Shown: positions 21,086 to 29,428 of the stretch, piece after piece | Layout of the letters: each line of letters begins with the position of its first letter | How positions within the stretch are numbered: the first letter of the stretch is position 1 | Source of the DNA: Patescibacteria group bacterium | GTDB taxonomy: Bacteria > Patescibacteriota > Patescibacteriia > JAXHNJ01 | NCBI GenBank assembly: GCA_041649715.1 | Contig: JBAZMP010000002.1 | Coordinates: forward strand, 68,964-132,963 | Direction of reading: 5' to 3' | DNA length: 64,000 nucleotides | Position numbers and translations under genes: made by a program | The notes under the pieces: model-generated | What the model saw: the letters and a program-made list of their open reading frames with translations, nothing else | Told to the model about the DNA's origin: nothing | Databases searched by the model: none

Positions 21086-21775
21086 CTACTTAGAGGAAAT
21101 TACCCGACGAGCGCGCAGATTTTCGTAGGCGCAGCTAGGATAATGCCAACACACAAGAAGCTCTTCATTATCAGCATCCCATTTGACACCTAGCACACCG
21201 CCATCTTGAGGGCGAGGACCAGCGCAAAGCGTGGTGTTCTGAACGTCGAGATGCTGATTGGTCTCGCAATAGTACTTGAGCTCATAGATTAGTCGTTCAA
21301 GTAAGTTTAGAATACTGGTATTTTGTTTCTCGAACTGGCTGGCCGAAATGAACATCAAATCCTTATCGGCTTCCACGCAATCTCGAGTACGGATAGCATA
21401 GCTGCGATCCGTTATCCGGAGATTCACTACGGTGTTTCTATCCAGGTCACCGAGGTAGACTGAGACCGGAAAGTGCTTCCTCAACGTTTTGATGACCCAG
21501 CTGAGAGTCATGCCCCTGGGAATGAAGATGATGCGAGTGAAGTCGCCGGGATCATCGGGAATAGGCACATCCGAGAAATCAAACTCCGCCCGAAAGTACT
21601 TGCGATAGAAATCCTGCCATTCCTGACGGATGTCAGTAATGACAAAGGGATTGCGGTGCTCGGTGAAAGCCCGCGCGTGTTCCAACGTGAGCGATCCGTC
21701 ATCAAACTGACGGAACATGTCACGTATGACGCCCGACCATTCGGACATCATGCCGACCACTTGTCTTTTACTCAT
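21086..21775 (-). CDS. hypothetical protein (229 aa)
   Basis: AAGGAGG lies 7 nt upstream of the ATG at 21775, and a terminator at 21031-21064. No recognised domain. Confidence 0.55.
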   Translation of the reverse strand: MSKRQVVGMMSEWSGVIRDMFRQFDDGSLTLEHARAFTEHRNPFVITDIRQEWQDFYRKYFRAEFDFSDVPIPDDPGDFTRIIFIPRGMTLSWVIKTLRKHFPVSVYLGDLDRNTVVNLRITDRSYAIRTRDCVEADKDLMFISASQFEKQNTSILNLLERLIYELKYYCETNQHLDVQNTTLCAGPRPQDGGVLGVKWDADNEELLVCWHYPSCAYENLRARRVISSK

Positions 21776-21910
21776 GGCCAGCCTCCTTACTGTTAAGGGA
21801 CAAATTACCCGGTGTTTCCGAGTAATAAAATATGTTAGCGCAATTTATTGAATATGTCAAGATGATTTTTCCGGCAAGACTGATCAGAGTTTTTCTGCTA
21901 AAATAGGGTT

Positions 21911-24667
21911 ATGAGTACTCAAAGGAAGTTTGTTATTATCGACGGCAATGCCATTATTCATCGGGCTTTTCACGCATTGCCTCCCACCTTGACTACTAAA
22001 AAGGGGGAGTTAGTTAATGCTGTCTATGGCTTTGCCGCCGTACTGTTGAAGGTTTTAAAGGATTTAAAGCCGGATTATATCGCGGCGACTTTTGATTTAG
22101 GCGGGCCGACTTTCCGGGACAAGATGTATAAGGAATACAAAGCGACGCGGGTTAAAGCCGACCAAAGTCTTTATGACCAGATTCCGCGAGTGAAAGAACT
22201 CGTGTCCAGCTTCAATATTCCGATTTATGAAAAAGCAGGTTATGAGGCGGATGACGTCATTGGCACGATTGTTGAGCAAGTGGCCAAAGAGCCGACGGAA
22301 AATATTATTGTTACTGGCGATTTGGATACTTTGCAATTAATTAATGATAAGACTAAAGTCTATACTTTAAAAAAGGGCGTTTCTGAAGAGATTGTTTATG
22401 ACGAGACGCATGTCAGGCAAAGATACGGTTTTGGCCCGGAGCAGATGATTGACTATAAAGCCTTGCGGGGCGACCCTTCCGACAATATTCCCGGGGTGCG
22501 CGGGATTGGGGAAAAAACCGCCGGTGATTTAATCAAGGATTTCGGCTCTCTGGAAAAGATTTATAAAGCTTTGGATAAAGGCGGTAAGGCGGCGGAGAAA
22601 ATAAAAGAGCGTTATCAGACTCTGCTTAAAGAACATAAGAAAGAAGCTTTTCTTTCCAAAAAACTGGCGACAATCGAAAGAAAAACACCGATTGAGTTTG
22701 ATCTGGAAAAAGCGGCGGTGAAAAATTATGACCGGCAAAAAGTGGTGACCTTGTTTTCCGAGCTGGAATTCAAGAGCCTTTTAAATAAATTGCCCGGGGA
22801 ACCCGGTGGCAAAAGATTCCAGGGCAGCATGGATTTAGGCAGTAATACCCCGGAAGTTGATCGGAAGAAAAGATCGGATAAGCTGGGATTGGATTATCAG
22901 TTGGTGGATACGGAAACGAAGTTAACCAAGCTGATTGAGGAATTAAGGAATTTAGAAGAATTATGCGTGGATACGGAAACCACGAGTCTTGATCCTTTTC
23001 TGGCCGAATTGCTGGGAGTGAGTTTTTCCTGGCAAAAAGACAAGGCTTTTTTCGTTTCTTTAGTTAAATTGCCTGAGGCTTTGGAAAAGTTAAGGCCGGT
23101 TTTGGAAAATGGCAAGATTTTGAAATACGGTCACAATTTGAAATATGATTATGCGGTTTTAAGGCAGGCGGGAGTAGAAATGCAACCCCTATATTTTGAT
23201 TCCATGATTGCCGCTTATTTAATCAATCCCGGTATCCGGCAATATAATCTGGATAATTTGGTTTTTACCGAATTAGGTTACGAGATGCAGCCTTTGGAAG
23301 AATTAATCGGCAAAAAAGGAAAAAATCAACTTCCTGTTTCCGCCGTGCCCGTGGAAAAATTATCCTGGTATTCCTGCGAAGACGCGGATTTCACTTTTAA
23401 ACTAGCCAAGCATTTGGATCCCGACCTTGAGCATAACGCGGCGGAGGGATTGTTTCACAAAATGGAAATGCCCCTGGTACGAGTTTTGACCCATATAGAG
23501 GAGGCGGGCGTTAAGATAGATGCGGATTTTTTAGGGAAAATGAATAAGGAGATATCAGTCCGTTTAATAGAAATTGAAAAACAGATTCATAAATTGGCTA
23601 AAACTAAGTTTAACATCAATTCGCCTTTGCAGCTTAAAGAAGTTTTGTTTGAGAAATTAAAAATTTCGCCCTTGGGCTTGAGCAAGACCAAGACCGGAAT
23701 TTCCACGGCGGCGGCGGAATTAGATAAACTAAAAGACAAACATCCGATTATTGCCTTGATTTCGAAAAATAGAGAATTGGCAAAGTTAAAATCCACTTAC
23801 TTGGAGGCTTTGCCTAAATTGGTCAATCCAAAAACCGGAAGAGTGCACACGAGTTTTAATCAGACGGTGGCGGCTACCGGCCGTTTATCTTCTTCTGAAC
23901 CTAATTTGCAGAATATTCCCATCCGGACGGAGCTGGGAGCGAAAATCCGGAAAGCTTTTATCGCGGAAAAAGGTTTTAAACTGCTGGCGGCGGATTATTC
24001 CCAAATTGAATTAAGAATTGTCGCTTCTTTGGCCAATGACGAAAAAATGATCGAAAGCTTCCAAAAGGGGGAGGATATTCATATCAGAACTGCCGCTGAT
24101 ATAAATGAAGTACCTTTGGATAAAGTCACCCCGCAAATGCGGCGCGCGGCAAAAGCCACCAATTTCGGGATTATTTATGGATTGGGTATGCACGGTCTCG
24201 CGGCCAACGCCGATATCAGCCTGGACAAGGCGCGCGCCTTTATTGAAAAATATTTCACCATCCACGAAGCCATTGCCAATTATTTGAACGACAGCAAAGA
24301 GCAGGCGCACGAGCTGGGTTATAATGAAACTTTGTTTGGCCGCCGCCGGTATTATCCGGAAATTAATTCCGGCAATCAGGGCTTGCAAGCGGCGGCAGAA
24401 AGGGCGGCCATCAACCATCCGGTCCAGGGCACGGCCGCGGATCTCATTAAAATGGCGATGATTGAAATCAGTCATAAATTGCCGACTGTTAGTCCAAAAA
24501 CCCGCATGATTTTGCAGGTGCATGATGAGCTGGTTTTTGAAGTGCCGGAACCGGAAGTTAGCAAAGTTTCTAAGTTCGTGAAAGATACCATGGAAAACAT
24601 TTACAAACTGAAAGTGCCGATTAAAGTGGAAACAGGCGTGGGGGGTAATTGGGGGGAGTGCAAGTGA
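21911..24667 (+). CDS. polA: DNA polymerase I (5'-3' exonuclease, 3'-5' exonuclease and polymerase domains)
   Basis: 918 aa with the N-terminal FEN motifs (KFVIIDGNAIIHRAFHA), the polymerase motifs (DYSQIELRI; QVHDELVFE), and a C-terminal ...GGNWGECK. Confidence 0.95.
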   Translation: MSTQRKFVIIDGNAIIHRAFHALPPTLTTKKGELVNAVYGFAAVLLKVLKDLKPDYIAATFDLGGPTFRDKMYKEYKATRVKADQSLYDQIPRVKELVSSFNIPIYEKAGYEADDVIGTIVEQVAKEPTENIIVTGDLDTLQLINDKTKVYTLKKGVSEEIVYDETHVRQRYGFGPEQMIDYKALRGDPSDNIPGVRGIGEKTAGDLIKDFGSLEKIYKALDKGGKAAEKIKERYQTLLKEHKKEAFLSKKLATIERKTPIEFDLEKAAVKNYDRQKVVTLFSELEFKSLLNKLPGEPGGKRFQGSMDLGSNTPEVDRKKRSDKLGLDYQLVDTETKLTKLIEELRNLEELCVDTETTSLDPFLAELLGVSFSWQKDKAFFVSLVKLPEALEKLRPVLENGKILKYGHNLKYDYAVLRQAGVEMQPLYFDSMIAAYLINPGIRQYNLDNLVFTELGYEMQPLEELIGKKGKNQLPVSAVPVEKLSWYSCEDADFTFKLAKHLDPDLEHNAAEGLFHKMEMPLVRVLTHIEEAGVKIDADFLGKMNKEISVRLIEIEKQIHKLAKTKFNINSPLQLKEVLFEKLKISPLGLSKTKTGISTAAAELDKLKDKHPIIALISKNRELAKLKSTYLEALPKLVNPKTGRVHTSFNQTVAATGRLSSSEPNLQNIPIRTELGAKIRKAFIAEKGFKLLAADYSQIELRIVASLANDEKMIESFQKGEDIHIRTAADINEVPLDKVTPQMRRAAKATNFGIIYGLGMHGLAANADISLDKARAFIEKYFTIHEAIANYLNDSKEQAHELGYNETLFGRRRYYPEINSGNQGLQAAAERAAINHPVQGTAADLIKMAMIEISHKLPTVSPKTRMILQVHDELVFEVPEPEVSKVSKFVKDTMENIYKLKVPIKVETGVGGNWGECK

Positions 24668-24673
24668 GGGGAG
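24636..24673. repeat. direct repeat copy 1; it is the last polA codons plus the stop
   Basis: gcgtggggggtaattggggggagtgcaagtgaggggag. It has an imperfect copy at 25641-25676. Confidence 0.5.
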
Positions 24674-24682
24674 ATAAAAAAC

Positions 24683-25627
24683 ATGATCAAAAATGAATTT
24701 AAAATCCAGTCCCTTGGCATGTTTCTCGCCGCCGGAATTTGGGGTACGTGGGTAATAATACTTAAAGGCGTAACACTGCCTGGTTTTTTTGTCACGGCTA
24801 TTACCTCTTTAACGGGATCTTTGGCCTTACTTATTGTTATTTTACTTTCTGGCAAATGGCAAGACTTTCTTCAAACAATAAAAGCAAAAAGCCTTTGGCG
24901 TCTAATCATTGTAGTCGCATTCTTAGCGGCCCTGCAGAACGCTTTGTTAATGGTTTCTTTTAAGTTGGCAATTGCCGGTGGCGGCTCGGTTTTAATTCCG
25001 ATCATCCGTTCCTTGGTCGGCGTCATCATTCCTTTTACGGTCTTATTTTTCAGGAAAGGGGAAAAATTTTCCCTTCAGTTTTTGTTTTACGGCGCCTTGG
25101 CCACTATCGGTGCTCTTTCCATTTTTACCTGGGGCGGCATCAATGTCGGGAGACAAATCAGCTATTTCGGTTTGTTCCTTGCTTTCTGTTCGGTGGTCGC
25201 TTTAGCGGTTCAATATATATTTTTAAGACGCTTAGCCGTAGAAATGGCAAAAGAGGGGCGGTCTTCTTTAAATGTCATTGCTTTTCAGTCTTTTTTATCT
25301 TTTCTTTTTTTGGCGCCTTTGCTTCTCGGTTATCTTCTAATAAACAGGGAAATCATCAACCTTAATCTTGTTCGACAGTTACTTTATATTGGATTTTTTG
25401 GCTTAACGCACGTCGCCCTCGCTTTTATCTTTATGTTCAAGGCCTTGAAATATGTCACGGCTCAACAAAGTCAGATTATCGGCTACCTTGAACCATTGGT
25501 TAGCGTCACTCTTTCCATTCTTTTTTTGAAAGAACTTATTACTTTGGGTTATTTTATCGGCGCGTCTTTGATATTAGTCGCGGCCATGGCCGCCAGCCTG
25601 AAGACAGCTTCGATTGATTATGAATAA
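24683..25627 (+). CDS. EamA/DMT-family permease (10 TM helices)
   Basis: 314-aa polytopic membrane protein with two EamA-like halves. It starts 16 nt after the polA stop. Confidence 0.8.
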   Translation: MIKNEFKIQSLGMFLAAGIWGTWVIILKGVTLPGFFVTAITSLTGSLALLIVILLSGKWQDFLQTIKAKSLWRLIIVVAFLAALQNALLMVSFKLAIAGGGSVLIPIIRSLVGVIIPFTVLFFRKGEKFSLQFLFYGALATIGALSIFTWGGINVGRQISYFGLFLAFCSVVALAVQYIFLRRLAVEMAKEGRSSLNVIAFQSFLSFLFLAPLLLGYLLINREIINLNLVRQLLYIGFFGLTHVALAFIFMFKALKYVTAQQSQIIGYLEPLVSVTLSILFLKELITLGYFIGASLILVAAMAASLKTASIDYE

Positions 25628-25640
25628 ATTAAGTTGAGAC

Positions 25641-25676
25641 GCGTGGGGCAATTGGGGAGAATGCAAGTAGGGGGGT
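25641..25676. repeat. direct repeat copy 2, an imperfect duplicate of the polA 3' terminus
   Basis: gcgtggggcaattggggagaatgcaagtaggggggt. It differs from copy 1 by G-run indels and A/G changes. Confidence 0.5.
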
Positions 25677-25677
25677 A

Positions 25678-25800
25678 TTGTCATACTGAGGTGGTCGCAC
25701 GGAGCGACCCTCGAAGTATGACGCCAATTGGAAGCGTTCCATAGTCTTATGCTTCGAGACGCCCTCGTTTCGCTCGGGCTCCTCAGCATGACAATGGGAG
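25678..25800. other. a roughly 125-nt imperfect palindrome (nested inverted repeats) that could be a structured RNA or a recombination site
   Basis: Outer inverted repeat tgtcatactgagg / cctcagcatgacaa, inner inverted repeat ctcgaagtatgac / gtcttatgcttcgag, a central palindrome ggaagcgttcc, and a local hairpin ggtcgcacggagcgacc. Confidence 0.4.
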
Positions 25801-25884
25801 CCAGTCCACTTAGATTAGACATTGACTTTTTTTTATTAATATATAAGATATAGGCAGGTTGTTCTTAACAAGGAGGTTCTAATC

Positions 25885-26109
25885 ATGACTCGTCGGAAAG
25901 GACAAGGCAAGGTAGCGTCTCTTAATGGTAGCAAAATTATTACCGCTTTTCTTCAAGCGATTAAGGATGCCGGGGGCGACGAAGCGGATGCTCTTTCGTT
26001 CGCTGACGATAAAAGGTTGAAAAGGCAAGTCGGCCGGCTTATTTTTTGTCGTTATCATCTGCCTACAGGCGATCATGGCAGTTTGGGTAAATTTGGTACG
26101 GAGTGGTAA
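25885..26109 (+). CDS. small hypothetical protein
   Basis: 74 aa, with a strong AAGGAGG Shine-Dalgarno sequence 7 nt upstream of the ATG. It is preferred over the antisense 166-aa ORF. Confidence 0.5.
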   Translation: MTRRKGQGKVASLNGSKIITAFLQAIKDAGGDEADALSFADDKRLKRQVGRLIFCRYHLPTGDHGSLGKFGTEW

Positions 26110-26125
26110 ATAAATTTTTACGTAA

Positions 26126-26419
26126 TTGCGCATGGCACAGACAGATAGAATAAGGGGGTTAAAGGTGAAAAAAGCGTTGTCGGCTCTGGCTGTCTGCCTG
26201 GTCTGGGCGGGGATGGGCGTACTATTGCTCTGGATGGGAGCCAGTTCCTCGGTAGGAATTTCCGGTGAGGCTTTGGGATTTCTTGTTTTTCTCTCGCTCC
26301 TTCTCGGTGCTTTGGGCGTGCTGATCTCTGGTCTATGGGCCTTGATTGAATTGTTTATTATCATTGGGTCGGCAGTCACGAGTCATCGAGCCAGAAGGAC
26401 GGCTACGCCGTCAGTCTGA
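26126..26419 (+). CDS. small two-TM membrane protein
   Basis: Hydrophobic ORF. An alternative GTG start at about 26165 has an AAGGGGG Shine-Dalgarno sequence. Confidence 0.45.
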   Translation: MRMAQTDRIRGLKVKKALSALAVCLVWAGMGVLLLWMGASSSVGISGEALGFLVFLSLLLGALGVLISGLWALIELFIIIGSAVTSHRARRTATPSV

Positions 26420-26528
26420 TGAAAAACCTAATTCCTTATCTGTTCGTCAAGAGAAGATTACCCTATCTTCTCTTTTTATATAAATTATTGTATATTCAAG
26501 TCAGATATTAATCAGTTAAATTAATCTT

Positions 26529-27272
26529 ATGAGAGTAGAAAATAATCCAGAACAAAAAATTAACCAGGAAGAGGCGGAAAAGCCGAAAAAGAAACACCAC
26601 CGATTAAGAAATTTTCTAATCGTTTTAGGCGTGATAATCGTGGCCTTGGTTTTAGTCATCGGCTATTTGGGAATTTACAAAATCCCCGTCATTTCTTCTG
26701 TCATGGGCGCGGACAAGCCGAGGGATTTAGGGATTAAGACGAGCGAGGAGGCGCTGGCCAGCATTAAAGAAAAAATCCAGATGAAAATCACCGGCGATTA
26801 TGTTAATTTTGAAAGCACGGACCCGAGCCAGCTTTTTACAGGCGTAATTCCCGTGGACACCAGCACGACGTCAGAAGAAATTACTTCCTGGTTGCAGCGG
26901 TTTGAAGGTGATGACCCGATTTTTTCTGATACCCAGGTTAGGAAGTTTGAGGGCGGCTTGGAAATCTCCACGATGCTGAACATGTATTTAAAGACGCCGG
27001 TTTACGTCAAGGTATTAGTTAATCAGACTTCCAACAAAAGCGTGTCTTTGAATATTCAGAAAGCTTCGCTTGGAAGAATACCCGTGCCGGAAGGATATCT
27101 GGAAAAAGCTAGCGATTGGTTTGAGGAAAAAATTGCGAAAATCATGGCGGCCATCCCGGGGTTTTCCATGGAGAAATACGAAATCCATGAGAATTATTCT
27201 ACGTTCAAAGGTACTTTTCCGGCCCAGGTGAAGAAATCAAAACAGGGTTTCAGCGCCTTGTTTAGCTTGTAA
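26529..27272 (+). CDS. membrane-anchored hypothetical protein with a KHHRL motif before the TM helix
   Basis: 247 aa with ...KKKHHRLRNFLIVLGVIIVALVLVIGYLGIY then a hydrophilic domain. Followed by the terminator at 27299-27330. Confidence 0.6.
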   Translation: MRVENNPEQKINQEEAEKPKKKHHRLRNFLIVLGVIIVALVLVIGYLGIYKIPVISSVMGADKPRDLGIKTSEEALASIKEKIQMKITGDYVNFESTDPSQLFTGVIPVDTSTTSEEITSWLQRFEGDDPIFSDTQVRKFEGGLEISTMLNMYLKTPVYVKVLVNQTSNKSVSLNIQKASLGRIPVPEGYLEKASDWFEEKIAKIMAAIPGFSMEKYEIHENYSTFKGTFPAQVKKSKQGFSALFSL

Positions 27273-27298
27273 GACCAGGAGAAATTAAAGCGGAAGCC

Positions 27299-27330
27299 AT
27301 AAAAAAACCCCAAGCGAACTTGGGGTTTTG
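27299..27330. terminator. bidirectional rho-independent terminator
   Basis: AAAAAAACCCCAAGCGAACTTGGGGTTTTG. Confidence 0.6.
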
Positions 27331-27348
27331 CGTGTTCTTGAAAAAGAG

Positions 27349-27759
27349 CTATTCTTGGTCGGTCTTGATGTATTTTGCCGTTCCCTCATTTTCCGTCCGG
27401 CGATGCCACTCGCGGAATTTCCCGAAATTCTCGGAGATTTCCCGGAGATAATGAGAGATCTGCGCTTCGCTCGCCAGGCCCTGGAAAAATACTGCGCAGG
27501 AAAGATTCTTTTTCTCAGGAATGAGGATCTGGACAAAGCCGTCCTTTGTGGAGAAGATCAGTCCCGTCCATTTCATGCCTTCGAGTATGTGATTGGTTCG
27601 GCCACACCAGCTCGGGACGACCAGGCGGATCGTTTCCATCTCATCCGACTTGACGTCATGGGTCATATTCCTTTGATTTAGGTCTCCCTGATTCGGAAAA
27701 GAGAAAAACGGGCCAGCCCAGCCTTCTAACTTGAGATCTTTCAATTGTCGAAAGTCCAC
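27349..27759 (-). CDS. hypothetical protein
   Basis: 136-aa ORF in a GC-rich islet. Confidence 0.5.
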   Translation of the reverse strand: MDFRQLKDLKLEGWAGPFFSFPNQGDLNQRNMTHDVKSDEMETIRLVVPSWCGRTNHILEGMKWTGLIFSTKDGFVQILIPEKKNLSCAVFFQGLASEAQISHYLREISENFGKFREWHRRTENEGTAKYIKTDQE

Positions 27760-27931
27760 GTCCGCCTCCTTTGTTTTTTGCCAATTCCCGATTTACCGAT
27801 TAATAGATTGACAGACTTAATAAAATAGCACAGCCGCTATTTTTTGTCAATTCTCATGATCCGCCGGGAGTTTTTGGCAAAATAAAAAAGGCCCCGGCGG
27901 CTTAACCTCCGGGGCGCTTAGAGATATGAAT

Positions 27932-28165
27932 TTACTTTGAAAGGACTATGGAATTTTGGCAGCGGTTGCAACGTTGCCAGACATGAGGAGTAGTCATGTC
28001 CGAGCCAAGAGGCCGGACGCCGGCGGTGAAGCGACTGACTTGGCCGCCGCAGCCGATGACCGGGCAATCGCCGATTACTGCCTCCTGGGGAACAAGGGCG
28101 ATTATTCCCGCGAAGTGTTTGTGTCCGTCGGGAAAGCCCTCGGCCGGTAGATCGTTGATGTTCAT
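27932..28165 (-). CDS. small zinc-ribbon-like protein P3 (CPVIGCGG...CNRCQ)
   Basis: 77 aa with four Cys arranged as Cx4C...CxxC. Its start overlaps the P2 stop by 4 nt. Confidence 0.45.
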   Translation of the reverse strand: MNINDLPAEGFPDGHKHFAGIIALVPQEAVIGDCPVIGCGGQVSRFTAGVRPLGSDMTTPHVWQRCNRCQNSIVLSK

Positions 28166-28572
28166 GCTTTCGCTCCTTTGTTGGTGGGACAGTCAGTGTT
28201 CGGGCAGCCCTCCTGTCCGAAGGTTACTTGCCGATGACAGACATGGCAGTCGAACATTTTTTCCTGAAGCTTTGGCCGATTGAGAAGAAAACCGTTCCCG
28301 CGGGGGATAACATATTCCGTGCTTTTCAACACGTTGATTACGAATTCCAGATTCAGCTCGGGGTAGTTGGGTTGAAGAACTGACAAGACCGTTTCCGCTG
28401 GGATACCGTTTTCGGCCAGATCGGGCGCGATCTTTTCCAGATGGAACAGGGCGAGGTAATAACGCAGCGTCACAAAACAGTTTATTTGGGGAATGATTTC
28501 CTCAAGGGTCGGTTTGGCTGGATTCCATCTCAAAATGCAGAGATGAAGCAGCCAGACGGCGTTCTTCGGCAT
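28162..28572 (-). CDS. hypothetical protein P2 with a C-terminal zinc ribbon (CHVCH...CPNTDC)
   Basis: 136 aa with a helical N-terminal region (LRYYLALFHLEKIAPDLAENGI) and a C-terminal CxxC-x13-Cx4C. Confidence 0.45.
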   Translation of the reverse strand: MPKNAVWLLHLCILRWNPAKPTLEEIIPQINCFVTLRYYLALFHLEKIAPDLAENGIPAETVLSVLQPNYPELNLEFVINVLKSTEYVIPRGNGFLLNRPKLQEKMFDCHVCHRQVTFGQEGCPNTDCPTNKGAKA

Positions 28573-28592
28573 TTTCTCTCCCTCCTCAAGGG

Positions 28593-28778
28593 TTAGGGTT
28601 TTTCCTCGTTATTCTTTGGCGTATCGACAAAACCGGATTGAGCGCAAGGGTAAAAAGTCCCCGGCGGCAGAGGTTTGGTCGTCGGACTGGGTCCGGCGCA
28701 TTGATGCTCTTCTCCGGCGCGGATTACTTGGTGACAATGGGAACATTTCGTCGACAAAATGATGATCTTTTCCGGCAC
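28593..28778 (-). CDS. small Cys-rich protein P1 (CSHCH...QCAG...YPCAQ)
   Basis: 61 aa, the first gene of the trio on the minus strand. Confidence 0.4.
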   Translation of the reverse strand: MPEKIIILSTKCSHCHQVIRAGEEHQCAGPSPTTKPLPPGTFYPCAQSGFVDTPKNNEEKP

Positions 28779-28973
28779 GGCTTATTCTCTTTTTTTATTT
28801 TCCCTTAAGACACTATTGATGAAAAGAGCGCCATTAGTATATCAAAGATGTTATAGCTTAACAAATTATTGCCTGTGCGTCAAGCCTTGACTTAAGCCAA
28901 TTGGCCGTGATAAGGTATTTAAATTAAGTGAGATTTTTTGCTCTTGAGTTTGTTATCTTGAAAGGAGGAGGCG

Positions 28974-29345
28974 ATGCGTTCTTTGGAAAAAGGAGAGGAT
29001 CCCCTAAGTTGGTTTTTCCGGAGAAAGGCCGGTTATGGCCGTCGGGAGAAGCGGCGGGGGAATTCAGCCAAGGGATCACCTCCGCAGCCGGAAGTGAAGG
29101 AAGTAAAACCTTCTTTGCCGCCCGCCACCCGAGAAGAAAAGTGTGTCGGAATTCTCAAGTTATTAGACGGTGGCGAAGTCCGTCTCAAAGACCTGCCTCG
29201 GTTGATGAAGCTGCCCGGCGTTAATTGCTGGGGGAATATCAGGGAAGTCGTTGAGGACCTGGAAAGAGAAGGCCGCGTGGTCAGATTTTCTTCTGCTCAT
29301 AGAAGCGTGATGCTTGCCAGGGCAAAAATCACTTATGTAAGATAA
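28974..29345 (+). CDS. hypothetical protein with a winged-helix-like C-terminus
   Basis: 123 aa with an AGGAGGAGG Shine-Dalgarno sequence before the ATG. A basic N-terminus, then ...ILKLLDGGEVRLKDLPRLMKLPGV...LEREGRVVRF. Confidence 0.5.
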   Translation: MRSLEKGEDPLSWFFRRKAGYGRREKRRGNSAKGSPPQPEVKEVKPSLPPATREEKCVGILKLLDGGEVRLKDLPRLMKLPGVNCWGNIREVVEDLEREGRVVRFSSAHRSVMLARAKITYVR

Positions 29346-29428
29346 AATCAGGAATTGTTCCCTATTAACTTCCCGGTCGGCCGGTCGGGAAGTTTTTTTA
29401 TCCCGTTAGAAAAAGTTTTCCAACATGT

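Noticed and set aside
24011-24523. The 170-aa minus-strand ORF.
   Set aside because: It is antisense within polA.
25879-26379. The 166-aa minus-strand ORF.
   Set aside because: It is antisense to two plus-strand small genes that each have strong AAGGAGG or AAGGGGG Shine-Dalgarno sequences. Its translation is compositionally odd (P/T/R-rich) and has no ribosome-binding site.
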